Shown: piece after piece, positions 1-13,513 of the stretch
Position numbering within the stretch: the stretch's first letter is position 1
Layout: each line of letters begins with the position of its first letter
DNA from: the human T2T-CHM13v2.0 reference genome, Homo sapiens
Length of the DNA stretch: 64,000 nt
Direction: 5' to 3' (one strand)
Assembly (NCBI RefSeq): GCF_009914755.1
Contig: NC_060932.1
The notes under the pieces: model-generated
What the model was told of the DNA's origin: nothing
Database searches by the model: none
Seen by the model: only the letters and a program-made list of their open reading frames with translations
Translations under genes and position numbers: made by a program

Positions 1-821
1 AGCCATCATTAATTCATTCAACAGAGAGGTACTGGATGTCTCTTCACTTTGTAGCATTTCTTTGGTTCTTTAGCCATTCTTTTGTTTTTAAAAGTAAAGT
101 ATGTGCTGGAATACATATTTAGCCATGTGAGGAAGAACAAAAGCAAAAGAATGAAGTATTGCCTCCAAAGTTTTGGCTAATGAAGTCTGACGAGTCATTT
201 GAGATCATGTTCATTTTCACAATGAAATCTATCTTTGATTATACTGAAATAAAAGTTAGAGTATTCTGTGCTATAAAATGTTCGTAATAGCTAACAGCTC
301 TTCTAAGATCACATTGTTTACCTGACTCAGTATTTGCAAAATCCTACAGTTGTGTTTAGTGTATACTGATCTATGATATACCTAGCCTCTATCCTTAGCA
401 GGGAGGAAATCTCTTTCTGGATTAGAACCCTGCCCCAACAACAACAACAAAAATAAGCAGGGTGTATTCCTAAATTTGGTCTTGCCAATCTCATCTGTGG
501 CAGCATATAATTGAACCAATTTTCACTTCAGTGAAGACATTGGACTCAGCTACCTGCAAAGGACATCAACACTATGGAGATGCTCTTTGCTTTGATCTTG
601 TCCTCCGCTGAAGACATCAGGCTTAGCAACATTCCTGCGTGTCTAGAATATCTGTTCTCCCTTTGCTCCAAGGGTAAGTCCATGAACAACCTCTGTCTTA
701 TAAAGTGAGGTTTTTCTTGTTGCTATATTTGCTAGCCAAAGAAGACTAAAACCACCCCTTAAGCAGGTCTTTTTCTTCCAAGTACAAATCTACTGTTTGG
801 GCAGTATTCAGAAGAAAATGA

Positions 822-1222
<401 letters not shown>

Positions 1223-1590
1223 TGAGATAAGACTTATTTTGGAAGATATTGCTCCTGGGGAAGAATATACCAGGTATCATTGCCTTGTTCCACTAATTTA
1301 ACAATATGCTCAATGGTTTGGCTCTTGGTCAAGGATTCATCTTTTGTATTACAGTGAAATAAAAGAATTGAAGCACTCCAAACTCCTTGCATTTTTGTGC
1401 ACCAATATATTTATCTGTCCATAATTTTGACCTTGACATTCAGTGCTGATATAGAAGTAAATTTTACCTTTTTAGACAATTTTTTGGCTGTGGTTTTAGT
1501 ATCCATTGTGTTTATAAGCCACTACTGGCTGGCACAAATAATCTGTTTTCTTAGCCCTCCCATCATAGGGATAGTTATGTACCGATTTTT

Positions 1591-1638
1591 TCTGCTTCAA
1601 CAAATTCTCTGCAGTCTGCTTCAACAAATTCTCTGCAG
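1591..1638. repeat. Perfect 24-bp tandem duplication within the pseudogene
   Basis: TCTGCTTCAACAAATTCTCTGCAG occurs at 1591-1614 and 1615-1638. Confidence 0.97.
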
Positions 1639-3964
1639 CTGAAAGCATCTTTATAACCACAACAGTTCCCGCTTCAAGTTTGGTCTTAAAGTTCATAACC
1701 TGAAACATTCGTGAAAATTCTGTCTTCATCCACTAAACAATCAATTGACAGGTTGTTTGAGAAGTCACACTGTTATCTTCCACAACATGAACTGGGACTG
1801 TGTAAATCAATTCTTTCCCTTTTGTCATGGTTATACAATTTGCAGGTAAAAGAGGGGAGATTTTATCAGGAATTATAGGATGAGTACAAGTACCATTTTT
1901 CAAAAATACACCTGAAAATGTTGAAATAACTTCAAATGTTTCCAAATTAGAGGTGACAGATTTTACTTTATCTGCAGCAAGTACTGTATGTAGATGTCTC
2001 CAAAATTGAAATACTTCACAACAGCATACTTTGATCCTGGAATACAGTAAACAGCATGATAAATGGAATTGTCCGGGGCTGTGTGGTCCAGACTAAAAAA
2101 CTAATAGAAGAATCATCATCTTAAAGAGGTATCAACTCAGAAGAAAGCTTCGAAAGAGATAAATTTACATATATAGAATGACTGATGTTTTATTCAAATC
2201 CTGCTTTAGCCAATGCAGTCCTTGATGAGGAGATCAAAACACAGGTTTGTATGATCAATAAGCCAAGTCATTATAATATTTGATGGGAAATTATCAATAT
2301 TTGGCTTCACATTTTCCATCATAGTATAGCAGCAATTATTCTATTCCTCTATTGTTCTTCAATGAATAAAGGTTGATTTCTGCTTCTCAATGGCTGCTTT
2401 AGCAAATGAACTGACTTTTCTCCCTAACTTCCACAGCTGAAAGATTCTGAGCTTTTTCATAAAGTTCTGATAATACTTTTTTTTTTTTTCAATGAGTAAC
2501 CCCATAACAACCCCAGCATGGCACAAAATGTATTTGAGAACTTTTCATCATCTGGTATTGGTTGGCTATGTCTTTCAAAATATTACATTAGGCATATCTA
2601 ACAGGAGGCCTATCGCTTGCAGAAGGATATCAATCATGAAGATTAAACTCTGTCTTTCCTTTCTCTTTGTCATTACTAAGGTCCTGAAAAGCCACATTTT
2701 TAGAGGTTGCTTCAATTATATTTTCAGCCAATAAACCCCAGTGGATCTTTATCTCCATGTGGGGCTGCTGGTGGCCCAGCAGCTTCTTGAAGAAGCTAGT
2801 CTGAGGCTCCATGTCCCTATATTTGTCATTATTCAGGTTCAGCAGTTGGTTCCTAGCCCTGGTGACTGAATTCAGCAGAAGCCTCACCGTCATCCCTTGC
2901 CATCCTGGCTGACAGGGAAGGTGAGGCGGCTTTCACAGATTGCAGGCAGCAGCTGGTCATCGATGGGACAGCTCCAAGGCATGGCTGGATGCCCTCAATC
3001 TCAACTCAAACACTTGGTCCTCAGGTCCTGTCCTGTCCCTGGGGAGCTGGGACCCCAGAGGATCTCTACAAGCCCTGCCTAGAGTGCACGCACTTACACG
3101 AGGGACAGAAGGAACTTCCAGTGAATTTTCCATTTCAGATATTTTATTTTTCCTCACTAAAAAATCCTATAGATTATGTTTATAGCTTTCTTTTTAATAA
3201 CTATTTTGTTAATTTTTTCTACAGTTTTATGTATACTTCCAGTAGGTATTTTAAATCTTTGCTCATTACATCATCTCTTTTATTGTGGTGTTTCCATCAA
3301 TTACTGGTTGCTTCAATATAGATGGAAATGAAAGTGCATGTCTTATGCATTGAAATTTTAGTTTCAACAATTACACTTTTCATACCATTAAATTCTATTT
3401 CTTTCTTTTAAAAATGTGTCTTTCCTATTATTGTTTCCTGTCACATTTTATGTCTGTTAAAAATGATTATTTTATACAATGTAAATAACTCTACTTATTA
3501 GTTTTACTCTTTTTGTTTCTGCTATTGTGCTCACATTGGCTTGTTTCTCCTATGATTTTTTTTTTTTAATGAATGAACTCAGTACCAAAAATGGTAAGTT
3601 AAGCTTAGCTAAAGTCATTCAGTACATTACTCTAAGTCAACCTGATATTTCCAAAATGGGTTTAGTAACTTATTAATTAAAACTCATGTTTAAATATTAC
3701 ATAACTAATTTGCTTGTTTCATATTAGGATAAGGAATATTATTTCTCAGAGGTAGAAGAAAGTTTTAGAAATCTTCTTTTGAGAGTTAATTTGGTCAAAT
3801 GCAGACATGGTACCCTTTAAAAATTGATTATCTTTGATATCTTCTCTTTCTTTCTCCCCTCATCCACCTTTTCCTCACCACTTACATAATATTACCATAT
3901 CTACAATATAGCTCTTAGTAGACTATTATCCCAAACAATGTTATAGTATGATTTTCATCCATAA

Positions 3965-4175
3965 CTAACATACAGTGCTTTGCAGTTTTAAATATGCATT
4001 CACATACATTATCTTTAAAAAATCTCATTACAACTTAGTAAAACAGAAATTATTAATTCAGTATTGAAAATGATAAAACTCAGTTTAAGAGAAGTAAAAT
4101 GACTTATTCATGGTCACACTCTGAGAAACACTTAGGACTTAGGACTTAAATTAATGTTTTCTAACCTCTAGTTCC
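3965..4175 (-). mobile_element. MIR fragment (degenerate)
   Basis: MIR-core-like text: aaaatgataaaactcagtttaagagaagtaaaatgacttattcatggtcacac. Confidence 0.55.
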
Positions 4176-4328
4176 GTGTATGATAATTTGATATTTCATG
4201 TTAGAAAACTTACCTATCACTTATACATCAGGTATCATCTAGTTTCAATTCTAAGACTAGTCATGAATATTTTAATCTTTGATAGTGTTAATGAGAGATT
4301 GAAATAAAATAGATCATACAAAAAATAA

Positions 4329-4620
<292 letters not shown>

Positions 4621-5598
4621 ACAAATAATAATCTTAAATGAACCTTTACTTAATAAATATTATGTCCCTACTATGTGTAAGACACTATACTGGATGATAC
4701 AAAATATATGTAATAAAGACATACATGTCAAATCAGCAAGAATTAATTTCTTAACTCTAGTCCAGATAGCTAGTGAATAATTCCTTCTCTTTTGAGCAAT
4801 ATCTGATGGAATCCTATACTGTAATCAAACTCAGAGAAAACAAACTGTGGATTACAATGGCAGTCAGTTAACTGTGAAGTACTCTTCTAGTTAGTAGACT
4901 CACAGTAAGCCTTACTTACCATAAGGTTTACTGTGGTCCAGAAACCATACTTACCATAATTAGTATCAATATTAAAAACCAAGTCAATATTGTAAAGTAT
5001 AGTTCTTGAGCACAGAGTAACAAAAGATTGGATAGCCTTATGTAACTATATAAGGACACGCAAGTTAATAATTTACTAGCTTAGCTAAATAATTTTATGC
5101 CAAATTGTATTTTAGTTACATTTACAAAGCAGTTTTCTGAGATTAGACTGGAGTATAAATAATGAAACATCGCTTCTAATTATTAAACATTTTCATGTCC
5201 CAAATACTGTGGAACAATTAGTATTGTTTTCCCTCATTTCCTGTATACTAAATTTTCAAACTTATATATTATTGATACAACTACAACTTTGTGTATATCT
5301 CTCTCACTGGATTTATCACATTATATTATGCTTGTTTATATGCTTTCTTTCCCCACTACAAAGACTCATATTAATCTTTGTATTTATAGTGGCTATAACA
5401 GGCCCAGGAACACAGCTGACATTCAATATTCTTGAATAAATTATAACTGAGTAAAGAAAGGAAGCCATAGATGTTTCCCAAATATTACAGAATACAAAAA
5501 TGAAGCAAACTAAATTTGTAATTATGGTGATATATATTTTTTGGGGTTCTCTATCTCTTTTTTTCCTAAATTATTCAACTGTTCCCTAAATCCCTCTC

Positions 5599-5652
5599 AA
5601 CACACACACACACACACACGTACACGCATACACAGGCACGTACATACATATA
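5599..5652. repeat. (CA)n microsatellite with degenerate tail
   Basis: acacacacacacacacacacacgtacacgcatacac... Confidence 0.9.
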
Positions 5653-6211
5653 CTCAGTAAAATCAAGATTAGAAACAGCAGAAACATTGATTTTAAAACT
5701 ATCTCTAAACTATCTTAAAAATAAAAAAGAAAACATTTTTAAAATAAAATTTATTGATCTCTTGTAATTAGAAATGCAGTATATATAGGTTGTAGGAATC
5801 TCTTATCTGTCTCAGAGACATAATAATGGTAGACATTTTGGTATATTTTCTCCTTTTTTTCTATCTGTAGGACATTTTAAGAGAGATTATTAAGAGAGGC
5901 TAGCAATGAGTTCATCATATGATTGAACATGTTCTTGAATGAGCTTGAAGTGGATATCATTAGCTAATACTCTTGCAACAGAAAGTTTTCTTTCATTATA
6001 CATGAAAATCAGTACAGTGATACTGTTTATAAAGTTATAATGAATTAATATTAACCTCACCTGTGTCCTGCACATCAATTATTAATAATGACACCAGCAA
6101 TAATCTTATGTGTAGCTCATAACATACTAGTGAAACTGGCAAAAGCAGGCTTTTATATTGAGTGCCTCCACACCAACCTTTCTATACAGTGGTACCCTGA
6201 CAATGATGTAG

Positions 6212-6555
<344 letters not shown>

Positions 6556-7020
6556 TAAGAGCACATCCTTATAAACAGAAAAAGTTTCAAGCCTTTTCAA
6601 TGGCTCTTTTGGCACACAGCAGTCAATAAATTAAGTTGAACTAAGTCCTTATAAATAGAATTTACAGTAGCTAATAATGACACAGTGAAAGTTGGCATGA
6701 TCCTTTGTGCCTAGAGTTCAGCAGTGATTTGTGGGGCTTCAGGAAAGATGACAGCATGAGTTAACTTTTATGAATTTCCTTTTCACTCTACATGAAAATG
6801 AATTGTGGTATGATACTTCAACTTTAAAGAATATCAGCAAAATATGTACAGTTTTGGTAAGGTGAGAGGAGGTTTTATCAGCTAACAAAGAATTGCCCAC
6901 ATCGTCAGTCTTATGAGTTGTAAGTATACAATATTGTATTTCCACTGACATCCCCTGGGCTGCTGGGATGACACCTGGTGAGCATAAACAGCCTAAAGCA
7001 GGAGTGGGGAGTAAATCCCT

Positions 7021-7085
7021 GGAGGGTGGTGGCAGGGGGAAGGTGGGGGGGAGGGCAGGGGGGAGGGTGGCAGGGGGTGGGGGGC
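7021..7085 (+). other. G-rich tract, predicted G-quadruplex
   Basis: At least 8 runs of G3 or longer with short loops, in otherwise AT-rich DNA. Confidence 0.75.
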
Positions 7086-10000
7086 ATACATTCTTAAAAC
7101 AACAACAAAACCCAATAATGCTATTTAGTAAAACAAATAAAAAATAAGAGCAATTCTACAAAACTTGCCTAATTGAATGATTAATTTCCCATTTTTAATT
7201 GTTGTGGATTTGATTTGTGAGTTTCTCAGTATAGCTGTTATAAGAATCGTAGGCCGTAGTATTTGACTTTAGTCTTATTTTTCTTTTACTATAACATTTT
7301 CCATCCCAAAGCAGTAAAAAATGGTATGCCCTTATTTACCTGTGTCGCAGACAGGAAGAAGAGAATGGAAACACAAAGAATAGTCTTAGTTCCTCTTTGT
7401 AGCTATGGAATAATGTGGTTATTTAAAAAGCCACATCATAGGTTTTTAACCCCATTTTATCCACATTTAAAATTTTTATTGATTTCAAAGTATAATCTGA
7501 AAAAATTTAAACCAATTAACTGGGGCAGGGCTCTGCGATAACAATAGAGTGTCTTTATCACTCCTTTGTCTTTCATGGCCAATTGGAGATAATTTTGAAG
7601 GAAAATCCAACTATAAACCACCTTCGCTATTCCTCTCTTTTATAGTTGGCAACCAACCCCCATGACTTTCATTGATATTGTATGGCATTTTCCAGATTTG
7701 TTTCCTGAGAAAAATAGTTCTCTGAAATGTCAATAAAGACTTGTTTCCTGTTTTTTTTTCTTTCATTTCTATGGTTAAGTTTAGAAAACATTAAGCTATA
7801 CAAAATGAATGATGCTTCTTCACTGAAAGACTTTTTATAGCCTTTAGATGCTTTGCAAGCCCCCAGGAGGTTGATAGAGCATGCACTATTTCCTAAAAGA
7901 ATATGATCAAGAACTCATTTTTTTGTTTGGACAGGAGTCTGGGTGATTAGGTAAGGGACAGTATCTCAGGGGACAATAGTATCATGGAATTTTACTTTGG
8001 AAAAAAAACAACTCATCTGGGAATCAAATAATATAACTGGAAGAATCATATTATGAATAGTTATGTTTTTACTTGGATTTAGCTGCCAAAATATTTAAAA
8101 ATATCTCATAAACAAAGAACATTTTTTATGATAAATATGACTGTGGAATGTTCCCTTGATTATTTTGTGATATTTTGGAAATGTTTAAAAGGTTCCCATA
8201 TTTCTTAATGTTGGAAAATGGCTTCCAGTATTTCTAATATTCACAAAGTCATGTAGTCTATTTATCCTTTCCTTTGAAATTGTGAAAGTCTTCAATTGCA
8301 AGTAAAGTCAGTAAACACGTTAATCTATATCAGTGCATTTAAATGTTTTATTTTAATTTTTTGGCAATTTAAAGTGCGTATATCCATGCAGGGTTTAATG
8401 GTGTATACCTAGTAAATAAGAATACATATCTAGGACAGTTATTCTGCATGACAGCAGAGAAATGTCAAAGTAGTAAGAGTGCTAGAATTCAATCAACTAT
8501 AATAAAAGCTCAAGAACAGAAAATACTCGTATTTAATAATTGCACTAATTTTACTTAATTTACCTTTCATACTAGTTAAATCTGTCATTGCAAATGTCCA
8601 TGAATGACAGTTTATTTTTATTTTCTTCTTTTATTTTATTCTGATAGGATAAAAGTGGTGGTATAAGTTAAAAAATATATATGACGAGATAATATATGTA
8701 ACTGTTTTACTGAACAGTTAACTTCGGTAAAATGACAGAGACATATGACTGTGACACAAAGTTATTGTTTTACATACTCAAAACATGTAATTGTACAATT
8801 TCTAAAAAATTAAGGCCTAATTACTATGCTACTTTATCTTCTTTCCACCACATCTAATTCATGTTCCTTTGCAGAGCCATGGTATTGTAGGAAATGTCTT
8901 TGTTTAGATTGGTCTAAAGATAATGACAATTATACTACCCACACCTCAAAACTATAATTTCTAAACTATCATTTCCTGGCAAGAAATCCCTTTTTAGAAA
9001 CGAGTGTTGTTGGTTTTTTTTTTCATTTTTCTTTTTTAAAATCAGCCACGTACTGTATTTATTGTGAAAGCAAGTCTCTTCATTTTGATTAGTTAACAGT
9101 TTGGAATTCTAATTAAGTGCTCAAGATGAATAAAGGAACAAGTTCTTCCAGAAAATAATAATAAAAAAACAAAAATCATAAGAAAATGTCTGTATCACCT
9201 CAAAGAGAGAGGGGGAGAAATGTAGGGTTGAATCCACTTCAAAAATCCTTCTGACAAAATGACCTTTAAATAATCTACCAGTTTACAATTGATCTCTTCT
9301 GTTCAGGAGGCCCCAGGGGCTTTCCTTGATAAGATTCCACTTCAAAGCATGCAGCTTAAATTGCAAACAAAGGGAACTTACACTTCTTTAGCTTACTATG
9401 CAAGCTGGTTTTAAAATGTCCTGATCTGTATTGAACTTTACTAAATTTCTGCTCTGGTTACATCCGGCACAGCAGTCAACACATCAAGATTCATAAAAGA
9501 ATGAACTACTAAAAACTTGATATCAAAAACATTGCAGGCAGTCAAAGTAGAACAGTAATTAATTACATGTCTTGCCCATCAAATAGTTATAAATAGTACA
9601 TCAAAGCTTACATCGTTTGAATACAACTGAAATTTGGGTTGCACTGGGGAAAGATCCTAGGTGTCTGTCAGAGAACACGTAATTACAAAAAAAAAAGAAA
9701 AAAAAAAACCCCAAAATCAAAGGTTTCCCAAACTTAGATGTAGACTCATTTAAGAGTCACCCAAAATACTTAACCTACTCTAATCTTGAATGAAGTTGGT
9801 TTATGTTTCATTGCTCTTAATTTTTGTTAAATGATATTGATTGCTCTGAACAATGCACCTAGGATGTTGTACTTTGGGGAAGAAAAATGACATTTTCTTG
9901 ATTTATTCTCAGAAGCAAGGGCATTTGGATTTTAACAAAATGTACTCATTTCAACAGTATTTGCCAACCCCAAAGTCAACCATGCTAAAACGGCAAGCTG

Positions 10001-13000
10001 TTACAAATAATCACAATGGCACAGAGTAGATTTATTTCTCTTTCAGTACAATTCTCTTTCAGTAAACAACTTGAACTAACAAACAAATATCTTTGAGAGC
10101 ACCATAAAACTTCCATAACTTAGCTGAGGCAAATTGTTTCTATAAAAGGTGTAAGTAAAGATTTACAGTCGTTCTTATTGAGTTGCTAAGTTGCCAAGAC
10201 CTGACATGTATTTACATAAAAGTTTCTTTTTTGTTGTCAAGACGTTAGACTATTAGCTTCCAAAATTCTGAAAAGAAATAAAAGCTATCATATGTACAAA
10301 TGTTAAAACATATTTTCAACATGTGAGCAACAAAGTGAGTATGAAAACACCAGCTGGTCCTGTGTTCAGTGGCACTTCAATGTATCATTTCACCCTGAAT
10401 TTGTCAGGTAATAAGGAAATTATAAATTTTTTTTCAGAATAGAGTTAAGTTATTGCTATTAGATTTTAAATTTAGACCCTGAATTTCTGAAATAAAATAG
10501 AATATTCGAACTAATAGATGACAACAAGAGAGAAAAAGTGAGTCTACTTTAGACAGAGTTTTCAACAGTTTCTTCTCAAGAGTATGATATTATAATGAAG
10601 ACCAGAACACAAAAACTAGCCAGGAAATTTCTGAGCAAATAAAAAAGTAAGTAAAATATTTTAAAATCAATTACAATGGAAAGATGTACTATTTGGCATG
10701 AATAAGAAAATAACTTTGAGGAATTATGTTGTATGTGTCAATCAGCAAATCATCTCTAAATTTCTATCAATATTAAATTCTGATTTTGTTTGTAATAAAT
10801 GCAAAACAAATTCGAGATTTCATAGTTTACTTTGTCTATTCCAATCTTGGAATATTAGGATATTCCAAGATTAGGTTGAAGGGAGAAGAATTTATTAACT
10901 TTGCCGTCAAATCAATGCAGTTACCTTTGGCAAATTGTGTATCATTGATGCCAGCAAGAAAACAATTTAAAATTTTCCTGACCAATAACCCTTAACGAAC
11001 TTTAAGGTATTTGTCAGTGTTCTCCCTGCAGGAAAATTAACCAGACTTTGTAATTCTCACCATTTTCATGAAGAGATATTGTCTTCAACACCGAAAATTC
11101 TAATATGTCTCATCTTCATTCTTTCAGATTGCATCATGGACAAAAGAAATAACAGATTTCATTTGTCTCTATGGTGAGTATAGACATTTGTTTGTAGCTA
11201 TATCTCACTTTTTCAGCTGAAAATGATGAGTAAATCAAATAATGAGTGACGACTTCCCTATTACTACTTTTTTTTTCTTAATAAAAACAACAAGAAACAA
11301 GATAAGGTTATGGGAAAGTAGGGGATTTTCATTGTTCACTGAAAATACTTAAAAGAATTATCCTTGGGGAAATCAGTGAATTTCTGTGTAAAGAGAGGAC
11401 ATCAAGTTCTGTTTTCTTTCTGTAACTGTACATCTAAGGTAAAAATGGTAATTCAAGGCCCTCATAATCATGAAGTCTCTTTCAGTAATAAGTAAAGTCT
11501 TTGTATAAATGCATATAGAAAAACGAATGAGTCACTATGGCATACTGGAATGAATGTTTTTACCAAATGCAATATTAAGCATCTCAAATTCTACCTTTAT
11601 GTACAGAGTAGAAATTAGTAGATTTTTGTTCTAGCTAAAATTTTGTTTGGCAAGAAAATATTTCCAACATTTCATGAATTTCAGAAGCCTTTGAAATTTT
11701 ACAGCTTAGGAATTATACCTTGATGACATTGGCATGCATATAGTGACTAAAATTGAAGAACTTTCTGCATTGAAAGACGTTACTAATTTCATCCAACTGC
11801 ATGATGAAAGTAAATGAATTAACTGCCAATCCTCATTGCCTTTTTTCAAAATTCTAGAAAAACATCAAGATAATTTTACCTTACCAAAAATTGCACAGTA
11901 AGTATCACATTTTCCTCAATATTTTCTTGAAATACAATAATAGTTAATACAGTTTTCATAAAAATGATATTTTTTACAAATTAAATTTCAGAGTAATGGA
12001 AATGGAAATTAAATAGTTCCCCTAAGACATTTGTATATAGTTGTAAGATTATACCACATTGTATTGCATTTCTTTCCAAAATTATATTCTGTAGAGTATA
12101 TATATTGCCTTTGTATTAACTATAGGAATAACACTATATAACAAATTCTCACTGAGTGCCTTTCAAGTGACTGGCACCAAGGTAAGTACTAGACTCAGAG
12201 CACAAAATAGATAAAAATTTTAGTTAGGGAGGTAGAGGAAAGTGAAATTGTAGATGACCAGCATTGCATATATGGGATAAAATAACACTAAAACAGAAGA
12301 ACTTGTAATATCTAACACTCATAGGTTCATTTTGTAAGGTAGGAAATCATGGCTCAAATTCCCCAAGTGATAGCACATTTTGATTCTATTTCCTAATTTC
12401 TTTTTAACCTCATCACTTAAAAGGGAAAAATAATAGAAACTGTTCGAAGAAATTTCCTTGAGTCTTTTCTTTCTATTTGGAGACTTTTCATCTGCACTGA
12501 AAATGCTAATGTGTTTCATTTACCGATCATCTCTCACTCCATTGAAAACTAATATGTTTCCAGCAATGCCAAGAAGAAAACTCAGCGTTAACTCTCATAG
12601 TCCTTCCCTATATCACTATTCACAGGAGGGGTGAAATGAGCAGTTGTATTGTACTGAGGAGAGAATTATCACATTTTGTTGCATATTCAAATAGACTTGC
12701 TATATTTGGTCCAAAGGCTCAAATATTACCCTGAAATGAAATTCAGCGTCCCTGCTGATTTTTCAAGATGTGTTTTTCAAAAATTCACTTTATAGTACAC
12801 AAAAAATTAATATCACTTTCAAATATAGCTTTCTCTAGGGAAGAGCTGTAACTATGACTCCTACGGAATAAATACCCTCAACTTAACTGGTCATTAGATG
12901 TCACTCCTCTTTCAAATGGATAGAGCTGAAAGAGGGTTTCTGTTTTCCTTGGCAGCAAAACCAAAATGCATCCAACAAGGAATAAAAAGACATTCAAATG

Positions 13001-13482
13001 GGAACTACAGATGTGTGAACCATTTGGAAAAATAACTTGCACTGAGTTAAGTGAAATTTATGAAAGTCTTTTGAACTAGACTTAGAACCACTTTTAAAGT
13101 TTATATCATTGGAAGTATTTATATTTATCTTTTACCAGATAGTTGTATATTGCCCTTAGTGGTCGCCTGTTGTTTTTCATGAATAAATTTAGCTCCTGTG
13201 AAACTGCCAGAAAGTCACTCCTGGAGATGCAAGTCTACTTGAACTACTTGAAACACAAACAATAACATGAAAAAAACTTCCTCATTCTTCCCTGGTCTTA
13301 TTTTTTTTTTAATTCAATTCTCAGTTTAGAGAGAATCACCAAAAGAATTAAGAATAACAGCATCCTTATTCACTTGGAATGAGCAAGAAAATTCACTGGT
13401 CTAGTAACAAAAGGTACCGATACCTTTGTTAGGCATGTCAGTATTCCAAATTCTTTCTAATGACTCTATTTCTCTCTCTCTC

Positions 13483-13513
<31 letters not shown>

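Noticed and set aside
1496-2893. Minus-strand ORFs as a functional IARS2 paralogue
   Set aside because: Multiple stops and frameshifts, an Alu insertion, and destroyed HIGH and KMSKS motifs.
4948-4960. ATACTTACC resembling the U1 snRNA 5' end
   Set aside because: No further U1 similarity follows.
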